A stretch of 64,000 nucleotides of DNA, taken from Alphaproteobacteria bacterium (GTDB taxonomy: Bacteria; Pseudomonadota; Alphaproteobacteria; RF32; CAG-239). The notes under the pieces were generated by a model. It had not been told where the DNA came from, did no database searches, and saw nothing but the letters and a program-made list of their open reading frames with translations. Below are positions 1 through 8,089 of the stretch, in pieces (positions within the stretch are counted from its first letter, which is position 1; each line of letters opens with the position of its first letter). Position numbers and translations under genes: made by a program. The DNA lies in contig JAGASU010000107.1 in the NCBI GenBank assembly GCA_017621635.1, positions 239 through 64,238 on the forward strand, given 5' to 3'.

Positions 1-1
1 T

Positions 2-196
2 AAGGCGTACACGCTTCGGGAGGAATCCACGGAAAGCGGCACAAGGTATTTTATCAGCTTTAAGGACGGGCAGGGCAAATCCCACGAGTTGGAAGTGTCG
101 GAACAGTTCTTTATGGAGTTTCGGCAGATGGAACGCAGGAACAGGAATCTCCTCCAATGGGACGAGCGGCACAAACGGCTGGTTAAACTCCTATAA
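2..196 (+). CDS. 3' end of an ORF cut by the window edge; small conjugative-element-like protein fragment (..GTRYFISFKDGQGKSHELEVSEQFF..)
   Basis: Open frame from position 2 to TAA at 194-196. This segment is visibly more GC-rich (about 50%) than the rest of the window. From memory the motif resembles small proteins of Firmicutes conjugative transposons; not verified. Confidence 0.3.
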   Translation, partial: KAYTLREESTESGTRYFISFKDGQGKSHELEVSEQFFMEFRQMERRNRNLLQWDERHKRLVKLL

Positions 197-321
197 ATAA
201 CAAGATAGCATTTATTGCCGCTTTAAACGTCTCAGGAGAAGAATTTATTGTTTTTGCTCTGCTAACCAACTGAAAACAGAAGCTTTTATTTGCGGGCTTA
301 AAAACGGCTTTACAGGCATAT

Positions 322-1362
322 TTATTCAAAATACTTCTTCACGGCTTGTTTATATTGCTCAAGGAATAGTTTTTTGAAGTATGAAGCATTGTTTTGTTCG
401 TAAAACAGAATTATTCCCTTCTTGTATTCCACCTCATCAACACTACGATACGACAATGGGCAATAATCGCCTGCCAACAATAAAGCATTACCCAAAATTC
501 GTGATGTTCGTTTGTTTCCGTCTTCAAAAGGTTGTATGTATGAAATCATCAAAACTGTGATTAATGCTTTTTCAAGTGGATTTTCGGTATTGTTCACAAG
601 GCTGACCAGTTGCTCCAAAGCTTCTTTGATTTGAAAGGAATTGTCCAGCGGTTTATAGTCTGTTCCAATAATACCAACGAGAGTTTGTCTTACTCCATGC
701 GATACCCCTAAACCTTGCACCAATAAACGGTGTAATTCTTCTATTTTACGTACGGTCAACTCTTTATAAACGCTGGGATTTTCGGTAATGTAATCTAAAG
801 CCGTTTTGTGGTTGATAATCATCTGTGTTTCCTCGAGGGATTTGCCCTTGGCTGATACATTTTCTTTAAGCAACCGCTCAGTATCAAGCAAAGTATAAGT
901 ATTGCCTTCGATTTTTGATGATTTCCAAGCAAGTTCAATCGTCAAACGTTCAAATTCCTTACGTAAAATTGTAGGAGACATTTTGGCTTTATTGCTAAGA
1001 TAGCGCTCATTTAAAACCGCATATTCCTGTTTTTCTTTTGGGGTTAACAGGTTTGACAGGTGGTTCATAATATCAAAATTAAAAAGATTATTGGCTAGTT
1101 GGCGGTCATCATTGGCAAAATAAGCTTCAACATCTACATCTTCAAGCAACTTATTTTGAACAGACAGCTTATAAACAGCAGCTCGGGTCGTACCTGTTTT
1201 GGTGATTAACCCCTCAGTCATCAACGCGTCTAAATCACGTAAAATTGTCACTTTTGAGCTTTTATCAAATATTTGAGACACAGCATTTTGTATCTGTTCA
1301 CGGGTAACAGAATCTGATTGTTTGATATAATCCAAAATCACCTCTTGGCGTTTGTTTAACAT
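322..1362 (-). CDS. Fic/DOC-family protein with N-terminal winged-HTH; Fic motif degenerate (QPFEDGNKRTSR instead of HPFxxGNGRxxR)
   Basis: ORF 322..1371. ATG at 1362 is preceded by AAGGTGA, whereas 1371 is a GTG. N-terminus has a DeoR-like HTH (VTREQIQNAVS..VTILRDLDAL). The Fic core motif is recognisable, but the catalytic His is Gln and GNG is GNK. Confidence 0.8.
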   Translation of the reverse strand: MLNKRQEVILDYIKQSDSVTREQIQNAVSQIFDKSSKVTILRDLDALMTEGLITKTGTTRAAVYKLSVQNKLLEDVDVEAYFANDDRQLANNLFNFDIMNHLSNLLTPKEKQEYAVLNERYLSNKAKMSPTILRKEFERLTIELAWKSSKIEGNTYTLLDTERLLKENVSAKGKSLEETQMIINHKTALDYITENPSVYKELTVRKIEELHRLLVQGLGVSHGVRQTLVGIIGTDYKPLDNSFQIKEALEQLVSLVNNTENPLEKALITVLMISYIQPFEDGNKRTSRILGNALLLAGDYCPLSYRSVDEVEYKKGIILFYEQNNASYFKKLFLEQYKQAVKKYFE

Positions 1363-1906
1363 AGCTTTCACCTTAATCGTTCCATTTTATGTCCCTTATT
1401 GTTGCATAATTGCTTCAAAAATGCAACTATTATTAATATTTTTTGAAACTATTTTTTCTCCGTAATTTTAGCTTGCGCGGATAAATAATGCCAAGCTTGG
1501 TGCCAACTAATCATAAATACGCTATAAAACGGAAAAATCGAAAGTTCTATATATGAAGACAGTGGGAAAAGACAATGCAAGTCCAAGATATAATCAAATC
1601 GCTAATTGTTTCATATAACATTGCTTCGAGCAATATCATTAACCTTTTGGGGATAAGCAAAAAACAAAAGGAAGACATAATTCAACAAGCTTATAGGGAC
1701 TATCGTCTATACGGAAAGCAAGCTATTATATTTTTATCCGTTTGCACCTCAAGCAGTTTATTTGCTTGGATTTTACACCATACACCCCAAATATGTTATT
1801 GGAAGAACAGAGTTGCGCACTTGGGAAAGCGTTATAACCTGATAATTTTGTATTTTTGCCAGCCTGAAACACTATGCGCCCCAAAAATTAATTGTAAAAC
1901 TTCCTG

Positions 1907-1935
1907 TTCAGTAAATGGCAAAACAATGCTATAAT
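1907..1935 (+). promoter_or_regulatory. Sigma70-like promoter for the small ORF + DUF3768 operon
   Basis: TTCAGT, 17 nt spacer, TGc-TATAAT (extended -10) about 35 nt upstream of the ATG at 1970. Confidence 0.4.
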
Positions 1936-1969
1936 CTTATTTAGGAATAATCATAAATAGGAGGCAATA

Positions 1970-2107
1970 ATGTGGCAACTGAAAGTTAATGGAATTTTGA
2001 TGCCAACCATTTATTACTACATTCAAGATGCTTATAAGGCTTGGGATGAAGAAAAAGCCCGAGGGGTAGCTGTTTATTGCGAAATTGTACCTGTGCAGAC
2101 AAATTAG
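1970..2107 (+). CDS. Small hypothetical protein (45 aa), below the ORF-track length cut-off
   Basis: ATG preceded by a strong AGGAGG SD (1959-1964). Ends at TAG 2105-2107, 9 nt before the DUF3768 start, so likely operonic. Confidence 0.45.
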   Translation: MWQLKVNGILMPTIYYYIQDAYKAWDEEKARGVAVYCEIVPVQTN

Positions 2108-2116
2108 GGTTGAACA

Positions 2117-2446
2117 ATGTGGAAAAGCAGTAAAATCACCCAGTTAATCAACGATAATTTCCGCAAGTCGTTTCAAGGGGGCAAAGTTATGTTGACAAGA
2201 GGCGTCAAGGCGCTACAAAAAGCAGAAATTGCCGAAATCTTACTAAAAGTTTCTCGTTTTAACGATTTCAACGCCAACAACGACCCGTATGGTGAACACG
2301 ACTTTGGAAGTTTTGCTTATCACGGCAAAAAGATTCTCTGGAAAATCGACTACTACGACAAAGACTATAAATTTGCCAGCGAAAACCCCGCAGACGTAAC
2401 TAAGACCAATCGTGTGTTGACGATTATGCTGGCGGAGGAGTATTAA
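2117..2446 (+). CDS. DUF3768-like protein (plasmid/ICE-associated family)
   Basis: Motifs FNANNDPYGEHDFGSF, WKIDYYD and TNRVLTIMLAEEY match my recollection of DUF3768. Confidence 0.6.
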   Translation: MWKSSKITQLINDNFRKSFQGGKVMLTRGVKALQKAEIAEILLKVSRFNDFNANNDPYGEHDFGSFAYHGKKILWKIDYYDKDYKFASENPADVTKTNRVLTIMLAEEY

Positions 2447-3158
2447 AAACGTCTTTGGTAAATAGGGTGCGTATGATTTGTTTCGAGGTATAATGTTCGG
2501 TTGTTTCATTGCAGATAGAGTTGTGGTATTCTACATCGGCACGAGGAAATTTAGCCCGATATATATTGAATAAGAAGTAGATAAGAACTTTAAAATCTCT
2601 TACTGACATTGCTTTAAGAACAATGTGAAGGTGCACATACGTGTTGCACTCTTTACAGACATTGATTTGTACATTGGGTAAAGTTGTTGCGTCGTTTATT
2701 CTGTGTCTGTTCTTAGGATTTATGTGGCTCTGAGACTTCCGTAGACATATCTTTGTTAAGTTCAATAAGTCTTGTTCTGTCGACCTGTTCTCATAAGGGG
2801 GAGTTATCGTAACGAAGAAATCAAACAGACTGCTAGCATTAGAACGGTCATCGTCCACGTAATAACTGCACTTATTGTGGAAATTTGGACTATTGAACCA
2901 CTGTAATTGATTGTCAGATAGAAGGCTTAAACAAGATTGATTTACAGAAGGTTGGTTCTTTTTTCTTATAGGTTTATTTGATTTATAGCAATTTAACCCC
3001 TGAGCTTGTGCTAATTTTGAATCGAAGGGGTAATGTTTTACACCGTCTTCATCGGGTAATACTTTTTCAGAATCCTCAGGAATATCTACGTTATAGGGTC
3101 TGTAAATCATCTCTTGTTCTTCTCGAATACGCTTAGCGAGTAGTGTATTGTTCATCAT
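2424..3158 (-). CDS. HUH-superfamily rolling-circle replication initiator-like protein (Rep_1/pC194-like motif order)
   Basis: Motif I-like FFVTITPPY, HUH motif YVHLHIVLK about 60 aa later, then ETTEHYTSK (Glu..Tyr..Lys) about 45 aa after HUH. Its 3' end overlaps the convergent DUF3768 gene by 23 nt. Confidence 0.5.
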   Translation of the reverse strand: MMNNTLLAKRIREEQEMIYRPYNVDIPEDSEKVLPDEDGVKHYPFDSKLAQAQGLNCYKSNKPIRKKNQPSVNQSCLSLLSDNQLQWFNSPNFHNKCSYYVDDDRSNASSLFDFFVTITPPYENRSTEQDLLNLTKICLRKSQSHINPKNRHRINDATTLPNVQINVCKECNTYVHLHIVLKAMSVRDFKVLIYFLFNIYRAKFPRADVEYHNSICNETTEHYTSKQIIRTLFTKDVFNTPPPA

Positions 3159-3822
3159 CTTCTTAACCTTTCTTTACTTTAAAGTAGGCAAAGTAAAACC
3201 CTATATAAGAAGTTGAATTCATCTTACTGCTTGCGCGTATGTGGGATTTACCGTCGACCATACAAAAAATAGAACTAAAAATTTTTCAGATTTTTTCGAA
3301 AAAATTACATTACATAAGATTTTTTTTATTCGTTATGATAAATTAAACATTGTCATACGCACAAACCACCCCGATAAAAGGGCAGGCAGACCACAGGCGT
3401 AGGGCGTTTTCTTTTTAAACCATTCTCACTAACTCTGCCATAATTCACTCACCTATGTTGTTTCCTCATAGGTGTAGAACAGGTGTTTTTTTGGGGGGCT
3501 TTGAGAAAAATGTGATTTTAACGATTTTTTTCGTTTAATTTGCTACTCGGTTTGTTTCCCCCCTCTCGTCACTCGCGCATAAAGCTGTTCGTCGGGGGAT
3601 GGGGAATTGGTAGAGGGGGAGCCTATTTAGTAGTCTTCTCGACGTAATCCCTATTGCATTGCCATAAGGCAAATATGAATTGACTTTTAATCAATTTTTT
3701 TATATAAATTTTGCATAGTTTAGGTGTGATACAAACTGTGTTACTTTAGGTTCGTAATCTTGATTTTAGAAAAATAAAATATATTAAAATCAATATAATG
3801 ACAGAAAAGTGGATGGGAACCA

Positions 3823-3957
3823 CCCGTTCCGACCAACTTTGTAAGGTGCCTTGTGGGTGCCTTTTTTTATATCTTGAATTTAGTGTTTTATCGGGTGGTT
3901 TCGAACCGTGGTTCGAATCAACGCTTCGTTTAACTTCCGTTAAACGCGCTCCCTCGT
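3823..3957 (+). repeat. 135-bp direct repeat, copy a (terminator hairpin + two perfect palindromes)
   Basis: About 97% identical to 4066..4200. Contains the hairpin AAGGUGCC-UUGUG-GGUGCCUU + U7, and the palindromes TTCGAACC-GT-GGTTCGAA (3900-3917) and CGTTTAAC-TTCC-GTTAAACG (3927-3946). Confidence 0.85.
3843..3868 (+). terminator. Intrinsic terminator inside repeat copy a
   Basis: 8-bp stem with two G-U pairs that only form in plus sense, followed by T7. Confidence 0.6.
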
Positions 3958-4065
3958 TTCGGATTTCTAATGTTTCAGAAAACGGATTAATCCTTTTTCT
4001 AAAACATAACAAATCTCTCACCTTCGGGCAAAAAACAATTCCCCAAATTGTTTTTTATCCCTCAG

Positions 4066-4200
4066 CCCGTTCCGACCAACTTTGTAAGGTACCTTGTGGG
4101 TGCCTTTTTTCGTATCTTGAATTTAGTGTTTTATCGGGTGGTTTCGAACCGTGGTTCGAATCAACGCTTCGTTTAACTTCCGTTAAACGCGCTCCCTCGT
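4066..4200 (+). repeat. 135-bp direct repeat, copy b
   Basis: Same unit 243 bp downstream of copy a. Its G-to-A change turns a G-U pair of the terminator stem into A-U. Confidence 0.85.
4086..4110 (+). terminator. Intrinsic terminator inside repeat copy b
   Basis: AAGGUACC-UUGUG-GGUGCCUU followed by T6. Confidence 0.6.
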
Positions 4201-4231
4201 GTCTAAATTACAAAGTTTTCTTAAGAATATA

Positions 4232-4260
4232 TTGATTATTTGCCGTTATTATGGTATAAA
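4232..4260 (+). promoter_or_regulatory. Sigma70-like promoter of the repeat/GNAT protein gene
   Basis: TTGATT, 17 nt spacer, TATAAA, about 60 nt upstream of the ATG at 4321. Confidence 0.45.
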
Positions 4261-4320
4261 ATATATAAAAATTGCGTGAAAAATGCGCTTAGGCGTCAAG
4301 AACAACGAGAGGAGTTTATT

Positions 4321-7029
4321 ATGGCAGATTATGTAACTTTAGGCAACCTGATAATGAAAAATCCTAAAGCGGCGCTAAGTGCTTTTAAATCATTTAAGCA
4401 GGTGTTGAAAAATGATGATAGTAAGAATTTTTCCCTTGCTGAGGCATATAAAACGCTTGGCTATATCATCAAAGGGCAACCTCAATTAGCTAAAGAGGTT
4501 TTGGATTCCTTTAACGTTGGTTTACAAAATGAAAATAATGACAAGTTTTCTTTTATGAATGCATACACAATACTTGGCGGTATCATTGAAGAACAACCGC
4601 AATTAGCTAAAGAGGTTTTGGAGGCTTTTAAGCTTGGGGTGCAGAATGAGAAGAATAACGGGGATTCCTTGTTTGACGCGTACGAAAATCTACGCTTTAT
4701 CGTTGAAGAACAACCGCAATCAGCTAAAGAGGTTTTAGAGATTTTTAATGTCGGGTTACAGAATGAAAATAATAATTTCTGGTCTGTTGGAAAAGCATAC
4801 GAAACGCTTGACTTTATCGTTAAAGCGCAACCGCAATCAGCTAAAGAGGTTTTAGAGCTTTTTAATGTCGGGTTACAGAATAAAAATAATAATTACAGCT
4901 CTCTTGAAAAAGCATACGAAATACTTGACTTTATCGTTAAAGCGCAACCGCAATCAGCTAAAGAGGTTTTAGAGATTTTTAATGTCGGGTTACAGAATGA
5001 AAATAATAATTACAGCTCTCTTGGAAAAGCATACGAAACGCTTGGCGATATCGTTAGAGCGCAACCGCAATCAGCTAAAAAGGTTTTAGAGTCTTTTAAT
5101 ATCGGGTTACAGAATAAAAAGAATACTTACAGCTCTCTTGGAAAAGCATACGAAACGCTTGGCGATATCGTTAGAGCAAAACCGGAACTAAGCAAGGAAA
5201 TAACTTATCTTGTTCTTAATAGTGAGAGTTTGGACTGTCCCGAGGCTCTGAAAATTTTGTCTCCGTGTTCCAAAAAAGCAAAGCTCGATGAGTTGTTAAG
5301 TCAGGTTAATGAAAACGACTCCCAGCGGCAAGAGAAAACAAACACGCTGAAAGCAGCGTATGCGCTTCGTTTTTCAACCGTAGATGAATTAAAATATGTG
5401 TTAGACAAAGAAGACAATGATATGGCAAAAATATCACAAATGCGCTTTTCTGCCCAACAAAGATGTATGAACGTTTTAATGAACGAGCTTGGCAAAGAAA
5501 CCGGCGTTTCTAAAGAAGAGAGTATGTCATACCGTCTAGCGCCGGATGATAACGATTTATACAAAAACAACAAAGACTGGCTTTTGCCGGCAAGTTTTAA
5601 GGCCGCGGAGATTTTCGGGTGTTATTTTCCGTCTTATATCAAGATGGCGGAAAAACATTTATCCATCCACGATGCGGTTTATTGGTTGCCGGAAAAATTA
5701 CATGCAAACAAAAAAGATAGTTTTGCCTCTTTTGTGCAACGGAATTTGGTTTATATGAACGCGGAAGGAAAAACCGTTGCCCGCCCGCTTGCCGAGATGG
5801 AAATTATTTCTAAGAACTGGAACAGCTTAAAACCTGAAGAAGAAAAACTGAAATATAAAGATATTTTGGCGATTTGCCGCAGCAAAAAATATGCGGAGCA
5901 AGAATATGATAGGTTTGCCGCCGAAGCGGCAAAATGGGGTGTTAGTGAAGAGCAATACAAAAACTTTGAAAGCGTTTACAAAGCGGGGCTGAGTGTGCCG
6001 GAGCCGTTTGACAGCAGCAAAGAATTTAAATTTGGTGCTTATACGGGGCGTTTTTTGCCCAGAGATGATGTCCGCACCGGATTTTTCGGCGGATATACGG
6101 ACTGTTGCCAACATTTTGACGGGGTGGGCAAAGCTTGCGCCATCTCGACCATCAAAGACCCGTACTCCCAACTTTTTGTGATTGAAAATAAAGACGGACG
6201 GATTATTTCCGGCAGTTGGGTTTGGGAAAACACCGAGGGGAAATATCGCGACGTTTGCTTTGATAACATTGAGGCTATCGGCGATTATGAGAAAAACCCG
6301 GTGGTCAACAAAATTTATGATATGGTCGGCAAATATCTGACAAATGAAGCGAGTTGCCACAAAGTGACGATTGGCGTGGGGTATCAAGATGCGGATATTT
6401 CCAAATATGCCCCAACAGAGAGCATATCGTTGCCTCAAGCTTATGGCGATAAATACAGCGATGCGAAAGGACAGCAGGTTTTACTTTGTGAAAACAAACA
6501 CGCCTCAGAGCTTGACAAGACGGCGGAAAGCAAGCGCTTTATCCGCGATATTTGCTTTTTGGACGAAGATGCGATGGACAAAGTTTCCGAGCAATGTTTC
6601 CCAGAGGGCGACCAGACTTTGATGATGCCGGACAGACCTTCCGGCTTGGCGCTCGTTGACGAATATAAGGGTGTTGTCGGTTACTGCTTGTATGACAAGG
6701 ATGAAAAACATATTTACGATATGGCAGTTTTGCCGGAATATCGCAAAGATAAAAACGCCTCATCAGGTAAATTGTTTGCCGAAACCATGCGCCGGGTTAA
6801 AGAACTTGGCGGCGAGTGGCACGCTGAATTAAGAGATAAGACGACTTATCGCTATTTGGACGTTATGGCCAAACGCGGGCTTGTGACATACGAAACACAC
6901 GGCGTTGACCGCGAGATGAGCGACGGCAGCAAGGTTTATGCCGTCAGCTTTAAGCCTGTCTCTGATGAACGTACCGCAAAGAGAGAGAGCAATGTTGCCC
7001 CCTCTCTTCACGGTTCAACACGAGAATAG
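4321..7029 (+). CDS. Large repeat protein: eight 39-aa alpha-helical-looking tandem repeats, a central unknown Cys-containing domain and a C-terminal GNAT-like acetyltransferase domain
   Basis: ATG at 4321 is preceded by GAGAGGAG (the ORF track starts upstream at 4240). The repeat AYETLGDIVRAQPQSAKEVLEIFNVGLQNENNNYSSLGK occurs 8 times. C-terminus (about 6646-6958) is VVGYCLYD..HIYDMAVLPEYRKDKNASSGKLFAETM..YLDVMAKRG, which looks like a GNAT fold. Confidence 0.8.
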   Translation: MADYVTLGNLIMKNPKAALSAFKSFKQVLKNDDSKNFSLAEAYKTLGYIIKGQPQLAKEVLDSFNVGLQNENNDKFSFMNAYTILGGIIEEQPQLAKEVLEAFKLGVQNEKNNGDSLFDAYENLRFIVEEQPQSAKEVLEIFNVGLQNENNNFWSVGKAYETLDFIVKAQPQSAKEVLELFNVGLQNKNNNYSSLEKAYEILDFIVKAQPQSAKEVLEIFNVGLQNENNNYSSLGKAYETLGDIVRAQPQSAKKVLESFNIGLQNKKNTYSSLGKAYETLGDIVRAKPELSKEITYLVLNSESLDCPEALKILSPCSKKAKLDELLSQVNENDSQRQEKTNTLKAAYALRFSTVDELKYVLDKEDNDMAKISQMRFSAQQRCMNVLMNELGKETGVSKEESMSYRLAPDDNDLYKNNKDWLLPASFKAAEIFGCYFPSYIKMAEKHLSIHDAVYWLPEKLHANKKDSFASFVQRNLVYMNAEGKTVARPLAEMEIISKNWNSLKPEEEKLKYKDILAICRSKKYAEQEYDRFAAEAAKWGVSEEQYKNFESVYKAGLSVPEPFDSSKEFKFGAYTGRFLPRDDVRTGFFGGYTDCCQHFDGVGKACAISTIKDPYSQLFVIENKDGRIISGSWVWENTEGKYRDVCFDNIEAIGDYEKNPVVNKIYDMVGKYLTNEASCHKVTIGVGYQDADISKYAPTESISLPQAYGDKYSDAKGQQVLLCENKHASELDKTAESKRFIRDICFLDEDAMDKVSEQCFPEGDQTLMMPDRPSGLALVDEYKGVVGYCLYDKDEKHIYDMAVLPEYRKDKNASSGKLFAETMRRVKELGGEWHAELRDKTTYRYLDVMAKRGLVTYETHGVDREMSDGSKVYAVSFKPVSDERTAKRESNVAPSLHGSTRE
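4327..5262 (+). repeat. In-frame tandem repeat, period 117 bp x 8 (units from 4678 onward nearly identical at DNA level)
   Basis: The AY dipeptide recurs at aa 69, 108, 147, 186, 225, 264 and 303 of the ORF. Long identical DNA stretches (gcaaccgcaatcagctaaagaggttttagag..) are visible. Confidence 0.9.
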
Positions 7030-7033
7030 AATA

Positions 7034-8086
7034 TTAAGGCAAAACGACCGGTTGGCGGAACACGTTTTCCATAAACGATAGCGTGACATAGCTTAAGACA
7101 AACGCTATCAGCGGAGAGGCGACCCAGCCGGACATTAGTTTTAACACCAAGCTCCATTTAATACCCTTACCGCCTTTGGCAAGGCCAATACCGACAATCG
7201 CACCTATCACCGCCTGTGTGCTTGAAACCGGAACGGCCGGCAGCGGCGGTAAATCAAGCGAGATAAGGAAATTTTCCAATTTTTGCGATGAAAACAGGAT
7301 TAATACCAAAGACTGCGATAAAATTACAATCCACGCAACCACAGGCGAAAATGAGAGGACATTTTTACCAACGTTTTTAATGGCTTTTTTTGAATATGTA
7401 AAAACACCCACACAAGCGGCCAACGAGCCTAATAAAAACAAAACCTGCACACCGCTTAAGGTATAAAAGCGCCCGAGTTTGAACGGTGTAAAGATACAAG
7501 AATCAACAAAAACGCCGACAACGTTAGCCATATTATTCGCTCCCAAAGCGTAACCGCCCAAAGCCGTGGTTAAAATCATTCCCAAACGAATTATCCAGTC
7601 TTGCCACAAAATATGGATTTTGCTGTGATGCATAATTTTTTTGACAATAAGATATAAACCGACGGCAATCAAGCCGGAGATTATCGGGCAGAAGACCCAA
7701 GAAGCACATATATTCGCAAGCGTCTCGGTATCGGTTTTATTGCCGGTATAGACGTTCCAACCGACAATACCGCCGACGATGGCCTGCGAGATGGAAACGC
7801 TGATCCCTGATTTTAACATCAAAACTACGGCAAGCGCTGAGGACAGCGACACGGAAAACGCCGCCGGAAGCGTATCAATGCCACCTAAAGCATTTAAGGT
7901 ATCCGCCGTGTTTTGCCCGCTTATAACCGAACCCAAAACGATAAAAACACTGGCAATCGTTGCTGCAAAGCTAAAACGGAGCATTTTCGTGCCGACAGCC
8001 GTGCCGAAAATATTCGAGGCATCGTTTGCGCCTAACGACCAGCCTAAGAACAAACCGCTTGAAAGAAAAAAGAGATAAGTAAACAT
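7034..8086 (-). CDS. Inorganic phosphate transporter, PiT family
   Basis: N-terminal signature GANDASNIFGTAVGT and a polytopic membrane profile. Confidence 0.85.
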   Translation of the reverse strand: MFTYLFFLSSGLFLGWSLGANDASNIFGTAVGTKMLRFSFAATIASVFIVLGSVISGQNTADTLNALGGIDTLPAAFSVSLSSALAVVLMLKSGISVSISQAIVGGIVGWNVYTGNKTDTETLANICASWVFCPIISGLIAVGLYLIVKKIMHHSKIHILWQDWIIRLGMILTTALGGYALGANNMANVVGVFVDSCIFTPFKLGRFYTLSGVQVLFLLGSLAACVGVFTYSKKAIKNVGKNVLSFSPVVAWIVILSQSLVLILFSSQKLENFLISLDLPPLPAVPVSSTQAVIGAIVGIGLAKGGKGIKWSLVLKLMSGWVASPLIAFVLSYVTLSFMENVFRQPVVLP

Positions 8087-8089
8087 CAG

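Noticed and set aside
1575-1934. 119-aa ORF between fic and the small ORF/DUF3768 operon
   Set aside because: There is no SD. The C-terminal half looks like random AT-rich translation and runs through the promoter of the downstream operon. A short N-terminal peptide cannot be excluded.
3890-3930. GGTTCGAATC T-loop-like sequence in the 135-bp repeat, considered as a tRNA/tmRNA fragment (att site)
   Set aside because: A T-arm can be forced with one mismatch. However, no acceptor stem, CCA context or anticodon arm follows, and the segment is better explained as the palindrome TTCGAACC-GT-GGTTCGAA.
3798-4235. 145-aa ORF (and the antisense ORF 3746..4021) spanning both 135-bp repeats, giving a protein with an internal Cys-containing repeat
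   Set aside because: There is no SD. The ORF runs straight through two intrinsic terminators with T-runs and two perfect DNA palindromes. Both strands are open, which is typical of repeat DNA rather than coding sequence.
4327-5262. Regular 117-bp tandem repeats, considered as a CRISPR-like array
   Set aside because: The repeats are in frame inside a long ORF with a good start. There are no unique spacers, and the period equals 39 codons.
5827-6438. Many antisense or out-of-frame ORFs inside long genes (for example 5827..6438, 42753..43364, 47734..48351, 9849..10304)
   Set aside because: They are shadow ORFs of well-supported genes on the other strand or frame. Their composition is low-complexity and they lack start signals.
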